The notes: generated from the sequence alone by a model not told the origin. A stretch of 64,000 nt of DNA from Brevundimonas sp. (GCA_046294385.1 JBKBJW010000001.1:131588-195587), one strand, 5' to 3'. Positions 9,582 through 18,542 are shown, numbered from the stretch's first letter. A program made the numbers and translations.

Positions 9582-9935
9582 ATGGAATCTTACAGGGCGC
9601 CGGTGACCGACGCCGACGAGACCCGGGCCGGACTGGCCCTGCATCTGGTGGCGGCCTCGACCGGGGTGTCGATGCGGGCGCTCGGCCAGGGCCAGCGGCT
9701 GGGCATGGCGCCACTTCGGGCGCGGCGGCTGGCCATGTATCTGGCCCATGTCAGCTTCGGCTGGACGGTCGAACGGGTCGGCCACGCCTTCGGCATGAAC
9801 CGGGCGACGGCCTCGTCCGCCTGCCGCTGGGCCGAGGACCAGCGTGAGAACCCGGCGCTGGACGCCATGCTCGAGACGCTCGAGGGCTGCCTGCGCGCCA
9901 TCGTCTGCGGCGGCCAGGTCAGGCTGACCGCATGA
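9582..9935 (+). CDS. gafY: DnaA C-terminal-like HTH protein; probable GTA activator subunit GafY
   Basis: 'ARRLAMYLAHVSFGWTVERVGHAFGMNRATASSAC' DnaA domain IV-like HTH; coupled to a DUF6456 gene and next to sufE/divJ, the known context of split gafA homologs. Confidence 0.65.
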   Translation: MESYRAPVTDADETRAGLALHLVAASTGVSMRALGQGQRLGMAPLRARRLAMYLAHVSFGWTVERVGHAFGMNRATASSACRWAEDQRENPALDAMLETLEGCLRAIVCGGQVRLTA

Positions 9936-10636
9936 GCCGCGCAAACCGTGCCCGCACCCTTCTCGCCCGTCCCGGTGCCTGGCTGGCCGCATCCGGTGCC
10001 GGCTATGCGCTGCGTCTGACGCCCCATCGCGGCGCGAGGTTGCACCTGACGCTGGACGAGGCCGCCTTCCGCGACCTGATCGCCGCGCCCGGCCTTGCTG
10101 TGCGGCCCGGGGGCGGCTGGACCCTGCGGCGGCCGCCCGCCGACAGCGCGCCGCCCGAGCCGGGACGCCCCGGCCTGATCCCCGGCGAACGGCCGGTGAT
10201 GCAACCCGACGGCCGCCTGTCGCCCCGCTCCGCCAACCTGGGTGAAAGCCCCCTCGCCTGGCTGGCCCGGCGCAGGGGTGCCGACGGCCGCCCCTTCCTG
10301 ACCCCGGCCCAGACTGCCGCCGGCGAACGCCTGCGCGCCGAGGCCGAGGCCGCCCTGAAGGGTCCGTCCGTCACCATGCGCTGGGACGCCCTGCCGCGCG
10401 CAGGCGGGGGGTCCGCCGCCCGGATCGAGCCGTCGGACCGCGCCCTCTCCGCCGCCCGCCGGGTCGAGAAGGCCCTGGCCGCCTGCGGTCTGCGCCGCGC
10501 CATCGTCGAGCAGATCTGCATCCACGGCACATCGCTCCAGCTCGTCGAACGCGGCCTCGGCCTCAGACGGCGCGAAGGCAAGCGCTTGCTGATCGCCGGC
10601 CTGGACCTGCTGGCACAGCACTACCGGATCGGTTGA
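9932..10636 (+). CDS. gafZ: DUF6456 protein; probable GTA activator subunit GafZ
   Basis: 'NLGESPLAWLARRRGADGRPFLT...AGERLRAE' DUF6456/GafA C-terminal signature; ATGA overlap with the upstream gene. Confidence 0.7.
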   Translation: MSRANRARTLLARPGAWLAASGAGYALRLTPHRGARLHLTLDEAAFRDLIAAPGLAVRPGGGWTLRRPPADSAPPEPGRPGLIPGERPVMQPDGRLSPRSANLGESPLAWLARRRGADGRPFLTPAQTAAGERLRAEAEAALKGPSVTMRWDALPRAGGGSAARIEPSDRALSAARRVEKALAACGLRRAIVEQICIHGTSLQLVERGLGLRRREGKRLLIAGLDLLAQHYRIG

Positions 10637-10644
10637 TGGGGGTT

Positions 10645-10669
10645 TCCGGACAATCCGGACAATCCGGAC
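10645..10669. repeat. 9-bp tandem repeat (TCCGGACAA)x2.8
   Basis: Direct reading of the intergenic gap between the gafZ-like gene and sufE. Confidence 0.8.
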
Positions 10670-10687
10670 TCTGTTTTTCGACTCGCG

Positions 10688-11110
10688 TCAGCCCGCCGCC
10701 GCCTCGCGGATCCGGCCGACCATGCTGTTCAGCCCGTTGGCGCGCTGCCGCGTCAGGGCCGAGGGCAGGCCCAGCCGGTCCAGCGCCGCCTTGGCGTCGA
10801 ACGCCAGCACCTCCTCCGGCGTCCGACCCGAATACAGCTTCAGCAGCAGGGCGATGTTGCCCTTTGAAATCGCGCTGTCCGAGTCCGCCTCGAACCACAG
10901 CCGGTCGCCGTCGCGCCGCACCGCCAGCCATACCTGCGCCGCACAGCCCGGCACCTTGTTGGCCTCGGTGCGGTCGGCGTCGGCCAGGAGCTTCAGCCCC
11001 TTGCCCAGGTCGATGACGTATTCGATCCGCCCCTCCCAGTCGCCCAGCAGGTCGAATTCCTCGACCAGTTCGGCCAGGGTCTCGTCCAGGGTTTGCGTCG
11101 GCGGGGTCAT
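10688..11110 (-). CDS. sufE: SufE family Fe-S cluster sulfur-transfer protein
   Basis: 'DWEGRIEYVIDLGK', 'VPGCAAQVW', 'ADSDSAISKG' and 'LTRQRANGL'. Confidence 0.9.
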   Translation of the reverse strand: MTPPTQTLDETLAELVEEFDLLGDWEGRIEYVIDLGKGLKLLADADRTEANKVPGCAAQVWLAVRRDGDRLWFEADSDSAISKGNIALLLKLYSGRTPEEVLAFDAKAALDRLGLPSALTRQRANGLNSMVGRIREAAAG

Positions 11111-11295
11111 GGCGCGCCAGATAGGCCGCTCCGGCGTTAACGACAACCGGCGTGTCCATCCCCGGTCGACCGGCGTTCGTGCCTGTCCCGCCGGTCGCCT
11201 GACAGGCGCACGGGCTTTGGCCGACTCGCCCGCAAGACTAGAATGGGAAGGCTGGCCTCTTTGCCGGCAAACCGACGTCACCGCCCGGAAACCCT

Positions 11296-12984
11296 TTGAC
11301 TTCATCGCCTTCCACCCCTGCGAAGCCGCAAGCCAGACCTCAGGCTCGCGACGTGCCGACGCTCACCGCGTGGCATGCCGGCTGCGCCATGGCCGCCGCC
11401 CTGCTGGCCCTGGGTGCCCGCTGGCTAGGGGATGTGGACGGCCCGGTCTTCTTCGCGGCCCTGGCCATGGCTGCGCCGGCGCTGGCGGGGCTGCTCCTGC
11501 TGTGGCGCGACGGTCCGGCCGTCCGGGGTCTGGTCGTGGCCGTCTGGGGCGTGGCGGCGCTGATCGCGGGTGCCCTGTCCGGCGGCGCGGCGGGTCCCCT
11601 GCCCGGCCTTGTGATCCTGCCCTTCGCGGCGGGCCTCGCCTTCGGTGCGCCGAGGCTGGCCATGGCCGGGGCCGTCGGTTCGACCCTGGCGGCTCTCGGC
11701 GGCATCGTTTCCGTCTGGCTGACCGAGGGGGTGGAGCCCCGCCCCCTGCTGGCAATCACCTCCATCCTTCTCGCCGCCACGGCCACGGCGCTGGCCCTTC
11801 GCGGCGCCTGGCGCGGAGCCGCCGCCCGGGTCGAGGCCGCCGAGGCCTCCGTCCGCCGCGTCGAGGGCATCCTGTCCGCCCAGCCCGGCCTGACCCTGAT
11901 GCTGGAACCCTCCGGCCGGGTGCTGGCCGCCTACGGCACCCCGCCGCCGTCCCTGCCCGTCGATCCCCTGTTCGAGTCCGGCCTGATCGCCGCCGTCCAT
12001 GCGCCCGACCGTCCCGCCGTCCTGTCAGCCATAGAGCGGGCGCTTGCGGGCGCCGATGCCCAGACGCGCTTCGCCCCGCGCACCGCGCTGGACCGCCGCG
12101 TCACCTTCGTCGTGCGCCGGCTCGACGATCCGCACGGCCCGCGCCTGATCGCCCAGGCCTTCGACGGCACCGCCCAGTACGCCCGCGAGGTCGGCATGGA
12201 GACCCAGCGCGCCGAGGCCGAGGCCCAGAGCATGGGCAAGACCCGCTTCCTGGCCAATATGAGCCATGAGCTGCGCACCCCGCTGAACGCCGTCATCGGC
12301 TTCGCCGACATCATGCGCCAGCGCCTGTTCGGCCCCCTGCCCGAGCGCTACGGCGAATACGCGGACTCCATCCACGAGGCCGGCGGCCATCTGCTGGAAC
12401 TGATCAACGACGTGCTCGACGTCTCAAAGATCGAGGCCGACCGTTACCAGCTCTCGATCGAGCGCTTCGACGCCCGCGACGTCGTCTCCGCCGCCATGGC
12501 TCTCGTGCGCGTGACGGCCGAGGACAAGGGCGTGGAGCTGCACGGCGTCCTGCCGCCCGACATGGTCGAGGTCGCCGCCGACCGCCGGGCGCTGAAGCAG
12601 ATCACGCTCAACCTCCTGTCCAACGCGGTGAAGTTCACCCCCGCCGGCGGGTCCGTCACCGTCACGGTCGAGGTCATCGGCCCGTATCTGGAGATCGTCG
12701 TCGCCGACACCGGCGTCGGCATTGCCCCGGAAGACCTGAAACGCCTCGGCCGTCCCTTCGAACAGGCGGGCGGCGTCGACCAGCGGGCCCAGGGCACCGG
12801 CCTCGGCCTGTCGCTGGTCCGTGCCCTGGCCGAACTGCACAACGGCCGCATGTCGATGGACTCGACCCTCGGTGAAGGCTCCGCCGTCACCGTGCGCCTG
12901 CCCGTCGTCACCATCACCCGCCCCGCCCCGCCCGAAGGCGGCGCCGAGATCATCCCCCTGCGGGTCGTCGGCACCGGAGACTAG
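11296..12984 (+). CDS. divJ: Membrane histidine kinase, DivJ-like
   Basis: N-terminal TM bundle; H-box 'FLANMSHELRTPLNAVIGFADIMRQRLFGPL'; HATPase domain; divergent from sufE. Confidence 0.75.
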   Translation: MTSSPSTPAKPQARPQARDVPTLTAWHAGCAMAAALLALGARWLGDVDGPVFFAALAMAAPALAGLLLLWRDGPAVRGLVVAVWGVAALIAGALSGGAAGPLPGLVILPFAAGLAFGAPRLAMAGAVGSTLAALGGIVSVWLTEGVEPRPLLAITSILLAATATALALRGAWRGAAARVEAAEASVRRVEGILSAQPGLTLMLEPSGRVLAAYGTPPPSLPVDPLFESGLIAAVHAPDRPAVLSAIERALAGADAQTRFAPRTALDRRVTFVVRRLDDPHGPRLIAQAFDGTAQYAREVGMETQRAEAEAQSMGKTRFLANMSHELRTPLNAVIGFADIMRQRLFGPLPERYGEYADSIHEAGGHLLELINDVLDVSKIEADRYQLSIERFDARDVVSAAMALVRVTAEDKGVELHGVLPPDMVEVAADRRALKQITLNLLSNAVKFTPAGGSVTVTVEVIGPYLEIVVADTGVGIAPEDLKRLGRPFEQAGGVDQRAQGTGLGLSLVRALAELHNGRMSMDSTLGEGSAVTVRLPVVTITRPAPPEGGAEIIPLRVVGTGD

Positions 12985-13021
12985 CCAGCCGCCGGCGCCG
13001 CTGCGGTGCTGCGGTTGTGGT

Positions 13022-14467
13022 TCAGTCCGCCAAACCATAGTGACTGAGCACAGCGCTCACCCAATCGGCCTGGCCGGTCAGGTCGACATCGACCGGCACG
13101 CCCGTTGCGTTGAAACCGCGCCCGGGAAGTTCGTCCGAGGCGGCGACCACGGGAAGCCCAAGCAGGTGGCGCATTTCACCCTCGCCGACACTGAACATGG
13201 TCACGTTCTGATAGTCGATGGAGCCGCCGGTGGGCTCGCCGAAGACGGTGACACGGGCACTGCGCCGGGCCTCGATCAGAACCGCCTCCGCGGCGCTGAC
13301 CGAGTGCCGATCGACCAGGATGGCGACGTGCTGGGGCGTCGGGTGGATGGTCTCCGGCGCCGGCGTCGCCAGCAGCATGGCGGCAAGCGCCTGATCCTCG
13401 AAATAGGGGACCAGCCGGCCAGGTCGAGCCTGCATCCGGGCGATGAAATCGTCATAGAATGCCCGTTCCTGTCCCTGGGGCAGGCTGTCGCGGATATTGC
13501 TGTAATAGCGGATAATCCGGGGCGAGGAGACAGCGTGGGGATGGACCCGCGGGCCGGTCGCCGGTGCCATGTTCGCGCTGGCGTAATATGGCGCGAGAGG
13601 GCGGGCCAGGGCGGTGCTGCCGCCATCGTTGCCGCGCAGGTCAATGATCAGCAGCGGGCGCGCCCGGATGTCGGCATCGTGGGCCGAAACGAGATCGACG
13701 ATGGCCTGCCGATGCTCAGGGGAAAAGGACGGCAGGGCGACGATCGCGGCCCGGTCGCCCAAGGGGGCGAAGGTCGGCGCGCGCGGCCGGGACGGGTCGA
13801 ACGGCGACGAGGCGTCGGCCGTATCCAGCCGGCGTCCCCAGCTCAGGGGCGGCATATGCAGGATCATGCCATCGCGCTGGAGCGCGGCCGCATAGCGGAT
13901 CGGGGCCCTGTCCTCGCTTCGATAGACGGTCGCCTGAATGGTCCCGTCCGTCTCCACGAAGCGGGCCGCCACGTCGCCGACATGCCAGGCGTCATCGCGC
14001 GCCGCAGCCACGATCGCGACATGGCGGCCGGTCCCTTCCGGCACCACATGGATGTCGAACTCCGGGGCGACCCAGACGCCCTGGAGGCCCTCGAGATCCG
14101 CCGCAGGCGCGGGCGGGACCGGGCGCGGCGCATGGGCGGTGCGGTAGGCCTCTGCCTGGGCTGCGGCCAGCTCCGGCCGCTCCAGGACGAACAGGTGTGG
14201 ATCGTCGAAATAGCCGACGAACCGGCGCAACGCGTGGGTGCAGTCGGTGGGAGCAACGGTTTGGGCGCGCCGTTCCGCCTCGACGGCGAAGGCCTGGTAC
14301 GCGGCCAGTCGGGCCGGCTCGGGCGCGATTGCCACGGCATAACCGACATAGTCGGTCTCCACCGCCTGACGGATCTTGCCCAGGACGGCGGCGCAGGCAG
14401 GGTCGGCGCGGACGGTGCCGGCAGGCAGGATCAGGCCGAGGAGGAGAAGGGGAAATACAGGACGCAT
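13022..14467 (-). CDS. Secreted S41 family peptidase
   Basis: 'LIIDLRGNDGG', 'SVSAAE' (catalytic Ser), 'FGEPTGG' and 'TGVPVDV'; signal peptide MRPVFPLLLLGLILPAGTVRA. Confidence 0.85.
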   Translation of the reverse strand: MRPVFPLLLLGLILPAGTVRADPACAAVLGKIRQAVETDYVGYAVAIAPEPARLAAYQAFAVEAERRAQTVAPTDCTHALRRFVGYFDDPHLFVLERPELAAAQAEAYRTAHAPRPVPPAPAADLEGLQGVWVAPEFDIHVVPEGTGRHVAIVAAARDDAWHVGDVAARFVETDGTIQATVYRSEDRAPIRYAAALQRDGMILHMPPLSWGRRLDTADASSPFDPSRPRAPTFAPLGDRAAIVALPSFSPEHRQAIVDLVSAHDADIRARPLLIIDLRGNDGGSTALARPLAPYYASANMAPATGPRVHPHAVSSPRIIRYYSNIRDSLPQGQERAFYDDFIARMQARPGRLVPYFEDQALAAMLLATPAPETIHPTPQHVAILVDRHSVSAAEAVLIEARRSARVTVFGEPTGGSIDYQNVTMFSVGEGEMRHLLGLPVVAASDELPGRGFNATGVPVDVDLTGQADWVSAVLSHYGLAD

Positions 14468-15225
14468 CGCAGGGATCCTTTGTTGGGGTGGGGTGCAGGT
14501 CCGGACGCGCGCGGTCGGCCATTGGCGCTTGGCCAAAGGGGTCAACGTCCGGGAATTGTCGTGGGTGTGGGGCCGGGCGATCAGCCCGGTATGTCGCGGA
14601 CCGGGACCGGCCGGTCGGTAACGCCGATGCAGGTCAGAGCGGCCAGACGGGCCTCGGCCGCCCCCGGCCCGAAATAGGGACCGCGCCGCAAGGATCGCTC
14701 GCAGCGCGCCCGCGCCGCATGACCCGGCCGCTCGGAAACGCCGACGCAGGTCAGGGCGGCCAGACGGGCCTCGGCGGCCCCCGGCCCGAAATGGGGACCG
14801 CGCCGCAACGACCTTTCGCAGCGCGCCTGCGCCGCATCATCGGCGCGCAGGGCCGCCTCTTGCTGCGCGGGGCGTTCCACCGCCGCGCTGACGGCGACAG
14901 CCTGGTACGCGTGGACGGTTCCGGCCGGGAAGGTCAGGCCAAGGAGGAGAAGGGGGAACATCAGACGCATTGGAGATATCCTTTGTTGAAGTCGGGTGGA
15001 GGTGCGGACGCGCGCGGTCGGCCGTCGGCGCTGGACCGAAGGGAACGATGTCCGGGACTTGTGGTAGGCGTCGGCCGGGCGGTCAGCCCGGTGCGGCGGG
15101 GGTCCGGGCCGGCGGTTCGGGAACGCCGATGCAGGTCAGGGCGCCCAGACGGGCCTCCGCGGCTCCTGGCCCGAAGAGGGGGCCTCGCCGCAAAGCTCTC
15201 TCGCAGCGTGCCCGCGCCGCATCAT
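14410..15225. repeat. Imperfect tandem duplication (about 310-bp homologous blocks offset by about 503 bp) with a nested 117-bp repeat
   Basis: 14410-14720 aligns by eye with 14913-15223; the 14621 block repeats at 14738 and 15123. Confidence 0.85.
14581..14970 (-). CDS. Small secreted protein with two copies of a 39-aa C-x23-C repeat
   Basis: Signal peptide MRLMFPLLLLGLTFPAGTVHA; two 'ARCERSLRRGPxFGPGAAEARLAALTC' copies. Confidence 0.7.
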   Translation of the reverse strand: MRLMFPLLLLGLTFPAGTVHAYQAVAVSAAVERPAQQEAALRADDAAQARCERSLRRGPHFGPGAAEARLAALTCVGVSERPGHAARARCERSLRRGPYFGPGAAEARLAALTCIGVTDRPVPVRDIPG

Positions 15226-16447
15226 TGGCGCGCAGAGCGGCCTCATGTTGCGTGGGGCGTCCAACCGCCGCCCGGGTTGCGATGGCCTCCTGCGGCACCA
15301 CGGCGGCGATGTCGGCCGCCGCTTCAGTCGAAACCGGGATGGGCGTGGATTCAGGTGAGGCAGCGGCTGGTGCCGGGGCTGGCGAAGGATGAGTCTGGAT
15401 TGCGGAAGGCACCGTATCGGCACGGGCCGGGGTGGATGCCCGCTGGACTGCGACAGTGGTCGGGACGCGAGCGGGCGCCGTTTCGGGCCGGGCAATGGAT
15501 GCGAGGGGCATGTCGGCCGGCTGTTGGACGGTCGAGACAGCCGTCGCAGCGACCACGTCTACCGGACGGAGCCCCCAGACCAGTGTCGCGGCGCTGAGCG
15601 TGGTCAGAGCGACCGCCGCGAGCCCGGCCGCACGGCGCGGGGCTGACGGTGCCCGCCGCTTCAGCATGGCGAGCCGGATCTTCAGCGGGTGGAACCCTTG
15701 ATCGGGCCAGGCGCAGCCGAGCGGGGACTCCAGCTGGACGCCGTGGGATTTGAGCATGGCACCCGCGTAGCAGCGGCTCGCGCGCGTCTCCGCCAGCACG
15801 CGAGCGTCGCATGCCAGTTCCTGATCGATGCGCAGGGCAGCGGCAGCGATGTGCACAAAGGGATTGAACCAGCCCAGGCTGCGGACCACCACGGCGATGG
15901 CATTGACCATCGGATCGCGCCGCGCCAGATGGCCCTGCTCATGCGCCAGCACCAGCGCCCGTTCCTCGGGGGTAAACCGCCGCGCAAAATCCGCGGGCAG
16001 GACGATACGCGGTCGCAGCATGCCGACCACGACCGGCCCGGCGCGAGACTCCGTTGCGAAGACGGCTTCGCCCATCGTCGTCAGCGGGCACAGTGGCCCG
16101 AGTGCCTTCAGGAAGCGGCGCTGGCGCAGGGTGAAGATCGTCAGGGTCAGCGCCACGCCGATCAACCAGACCAGCAGGGCGACAGCACCGAGCGAGGGAC
16201 CCGACGCAAGGGCACCGGCGGTGATGGGCGTCTTGGCTGTGACCGTGGCGACGGCCCATTCGACCTCGACCTGCCTGCCCGGCACCAGCCACGCCAGAAC
16301 GGCCATCGGCGGCGCGAGCCAGAGCCCGTAGGCGATGCGGGCCCCAAACGCGCGGCGGACCGGGATCCGCACGGCCAGAACCACCACAATGGCCACCGCA
16401 AGGGTCAGATTGCCCCAGATCAACATCGAAAGCGCTTCAGCGACCAT
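15083..16447 (-). CDS. BlaR1/MecR1-type M56 metallopeptidase (anti-repressor)
   Basis: 'GARIAYGLW', 'PRIVLP', HExxH 'LAHEQGH', 'WFNPFVH' and 'DQELACD'; overlaps the blaI-family gene. Confidence 0.9.
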   Translation of the reverse strand: MVAEALSMLIWGNLTLAVAIVVVLAVRIPVRRAFGARIAYGLWLAPPMAVLAWLVPGRQVEVEWAVATVTAKTPITAGALASGPSLGAVALLVWLIGVALTLTIFTLRQRRFLKALGPLCPLTTMGEAVFATESRAGPVVVGMLRPRIVLPADFARRFTPEERALVLAHEQGHLARRDPMVNAIAVVVRSLGWFNPFVHIAAAALRIDQELACDARVLAETRASRCYAGAMLKSHGVQLESPLGCAWPDQGFHPLKIRLAMLKRRAPSAPRRAAGLAAVALTTLSAATLVWGLRPVDVVAATAVSTVQQPADMPLASIARPETAPARVPTTVAVQRASTPARADTVPSAIQTHPSPAPAPAAASPESTPIPVSTEAAADIAAVVPQEAIATRAAVGRPTQHEAALRANDAARARCERALRRGPLFGPGAAEARLGALTCIGVPEPPARTPAAPG

Positions 16448-16805
16448 CGTCGAGCTCCGCGACCAGCCGCTTCAGATCGGCGACATCCTCGGCAGTCAGC
16501 TGGTTGGTTTCGGCGAAATGGGACACCATCGGCGCCAGCCGCCCGTCGAACAGGCGGTCCAGCAGGCCCCGGCTTTCGACCTGGACGTAGTCCGCCCGGG
16601 GCGTCACCGGTGAATAGAGATAGCGACGGCCCTGCGGCTCGGCGGAGATGGCTTGCTTCGACAGCAACCGGCTGAGCAACGTCTTGACTGTCCCTTCTGA
16701 CCAGTCCCGCTCGGGGCCGACTTCGGCGACGATTTCCTCGGCGCTCAGCGGGTGCTTGCGCCACAGAGCCTCCATCACGAGGCTTTCTGCATGACTGATG
16801 CTCAT
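16437..16805 (-). CDS. BlaI/MecI/CopY family repressor
   Basis: 'ISHAESLVMEALW', 'WSEGTVKTLLSRLLSK' and 'LLDRLFDG'. Confidence 0.92.
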   Translation of the reverse strand: MSISHAESLVMEALWRKHPLSAEEIVAEVGPERDWSEGTVKTLLSRLLSKQAISAEPQGRRYLYSPVTPRADYVQVESRGLLDRLFDGRLAPMVSHFAETNQLTAEDVADLKRLVAELDDGR

Positions 16806-16806
16806 T

Positions 16807-16860
16807 CGTTTACACCTGTAATCTCCGGCCAACGAATACAGGCGTAAACGATGCTGTCAA
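16807..16860 (-). promoter_or_regulatory. Two BlaI-type operators overlapping the promoter
   Basis: TTACA-CC-TGTAA at 16810-16821 and TACA-GG-CGTA at 16837-16846 (family consensus TACA-NN-TGTA); TTGACA on the minus strand at 16855-16860. Confidence 0.8.
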
Positions 16861-17156
16861 GCCCAAAGGCGGCAGCTGTCAAAGGTGTAACGGCCGGTGC
16901 AACCGACGATCAACCGGACCGGCACCGGCTTATGGCGTGAGCGATCGCGCTGTCGTCCAGCCGGTCGTGATCGCCTCGAACCCAGGGTTCTCGGGCACAG
17001 GCTCTGAAGCACTCAGCGCTGTCGCAATGCCCGCTTTGGGTCGGTAGCTCCAGGCCGACACTCAGACGCGCTCGCAGCCACTACAGGCGGGAGCCGGCGT
17101 TGAGCGCAGTGCGGCTTGCTAGCCCTCCGGCGGCGGCCGAACGGACCTGAACGAGG

Positions 17157-18542
17157 CTACTCTTTGGGCTTTGCAGCGCCCTTTGTCGCCCGCTCCACCA
17201 CGGCCTTGCCTGTGTCGGTCTGGGCCAGCCCCTCCAGCATCGCCCCGAGGGCCTGGCCGCCCTTCGCGCTGAACACGTCGGTGATGCTGTTCATGCCCGC
17301 GGGCACGTCGCCGCCCGTCACGATCACCTTGATGTCGGCGGCCTTCAGGGCGTCGGCCTGGGCGATACCGACGGCCTGCCCGGCCTTGATCTGCTCCACG
17401 CGCACCAGATAGGTCTGGTAGCCGTCATTGCCGCCGATCTCCCTTGCGAGTTCGATCTGCGTCGAGACCGGCGCCAGAAGCAGCAGCCGCTCGGCTTCGG
17501 CCCGGCTCTGGCCCTGCGCCAGCAAGCCTTCGGCGTCGAGCTTCTGCTGTGCCAGCGTGCCTTGCGCGACCAGCTCCAGTCGTTGACGTTCGGCCTCTGC
17601 GGCGATGACCTGCTGTTGGCGCTGTCCCTCGGCCCGGATGATCGTGACCTCGCGCTCCTGCGCGGCCTGAACCTCCGCGACCCCCTTGGCGATGTCGGCG
17701 GCGCGCGTATCGGCGACCAGCTTCACATCCATTTCGCGTTCGGTGGTGTCCTTCTGGGCGACCAGGACCTGCTGCTCGGCGACCTGCTTGGCGATGCCGA
17801 CCTGCTTTTCCTGCTCGGCGGTCCGCATCCCGACCTGCTGCAGGGCGTCCTGCTGGTTCACCTCGACGATGCGCTGGGCCTCAATTTCCTTGGTCTGGGC
17901 CATCTGGCTGTTCATCGCCACGGCCTCGCGGCTCTCGCGGTCGATGCGGGATTTTTCCTTCGCCATGATGTTGGCGATGACCTGCGAGTTGGCGCTGTCG
18001 CGGATGTCCATGAACTCGATGTTCTTGACCGTCTCGACGCCCCACGCCTGAAGCTGATTGTCCACCTGGGCGGTAAAGGCCTCGGCCAGGGTCGATCGGG
18101 CTTCGAGGATTTCTTCCAGCTTGTGGGTGGCCAGCACGTTCCGGACGGCCCCCTGAAGGATGCCGGACAGCTGGTGTTGTAGCTCGTCGAAATTGGCGAC
18201 CTTTTCCGCCGCCGTGTCCGACTCTGCGATCCGCATGAAGGCCTGCACGTCGACGCGGAAAGGAAGACGCCCCGTGTCGTAGGCTTCGTAGTCTTTCAGG
18301 TTCACGTCAAAGATGGAGACCGGGAATTTGGTCACCAGGACGCCGATCCTGGGCAGGAAGGCCGGCCACTCGTAATAGACGTTTCCGGCCGACTGACTGG
18401 CGCCGTAGCTGACGCGCGACCGCCCGCGCTGGACGATGTGCACCTCGTTGGTCGGGACCACCCGGCGCAGAACAAGCGCGATCAGGAATCCAATGGCGAA
18501 GAGGCCGAGCGCTACGCCGCCGGCAACGAAATACAAGGTCAT
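17157..18542 (-). CDS. SPFH/band-7 flotillin-like protein
   Basis: N-terminal TM, 'RRVVPTNEVHIVQ', SPFH domain and a long Ala/Glu/Gln coiled coil. Confidence 0.85.
   Translation of the reverse strand: MTLYFVAGGVALGLFAIGFLIALVLRRVVPTNEVHIVQRGRSRVSYGASQSAGNVYYEWPAFLPRIGVLVTKFPVSIFDVNLKDYEAYDTGRLPFRVDVQAFMRIAESDTAAEKVANFDELQHQLSGILQGAVRNVLATHKLEEILEARSTLAEAFTAQVDNQLQAWGVETVKNIEFMDIRDSANSQVIANIMAKEKSRIDRESREAVAMNSQMAQTKEIEAQRIVEVNQQDALQQVGMRTAEQEKQVGIAKQVAEQQVLVAQKDTTEREMDVKLVADTRAADIAKGVAEVQAAQEREVTIIRAEGQRQQQVIAAEAERQRLELVAQGTLAQQKLDAEGLLAQGQSRAEAERLLLLAPVSTQIELAREIGGNDGYQTYLVRVEQIKAGQAVGIAQADALKAADIKVIVTGGDVPAGMNSITDVFSAKGGQALGAMLEGLAQTDTGKAVVERATKGAAKPKE

Noticed and set aside
9582-9935. Calling this gene dnaA or the region an origin of replication
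   Set aside because: Only about 117 aa with no AAA+ domain; the context fits a gafY-like gene.
12821-14677. 618-aa plus-strand ORF and other long antisense ORFs (e.g. 4311-5693, 25070-26758, 36160-37626, 49022-50803, 54876-56495)
   Set aside because: Shadow frames opposite well-supported genes, expected in high-GC DNA; no recognisable motifs.
15083-16805. Beta-lactam resistance locus
   Set aside because: No beta-lactamase gene and no penicillin-binding sensor domain.
16924-16946. Possible extra degenerate repeat copy (ACCGGCT-N9-AGCGATC)
   Set aside because: Wrong spacer length and too many mismatches to count without a PWM score.
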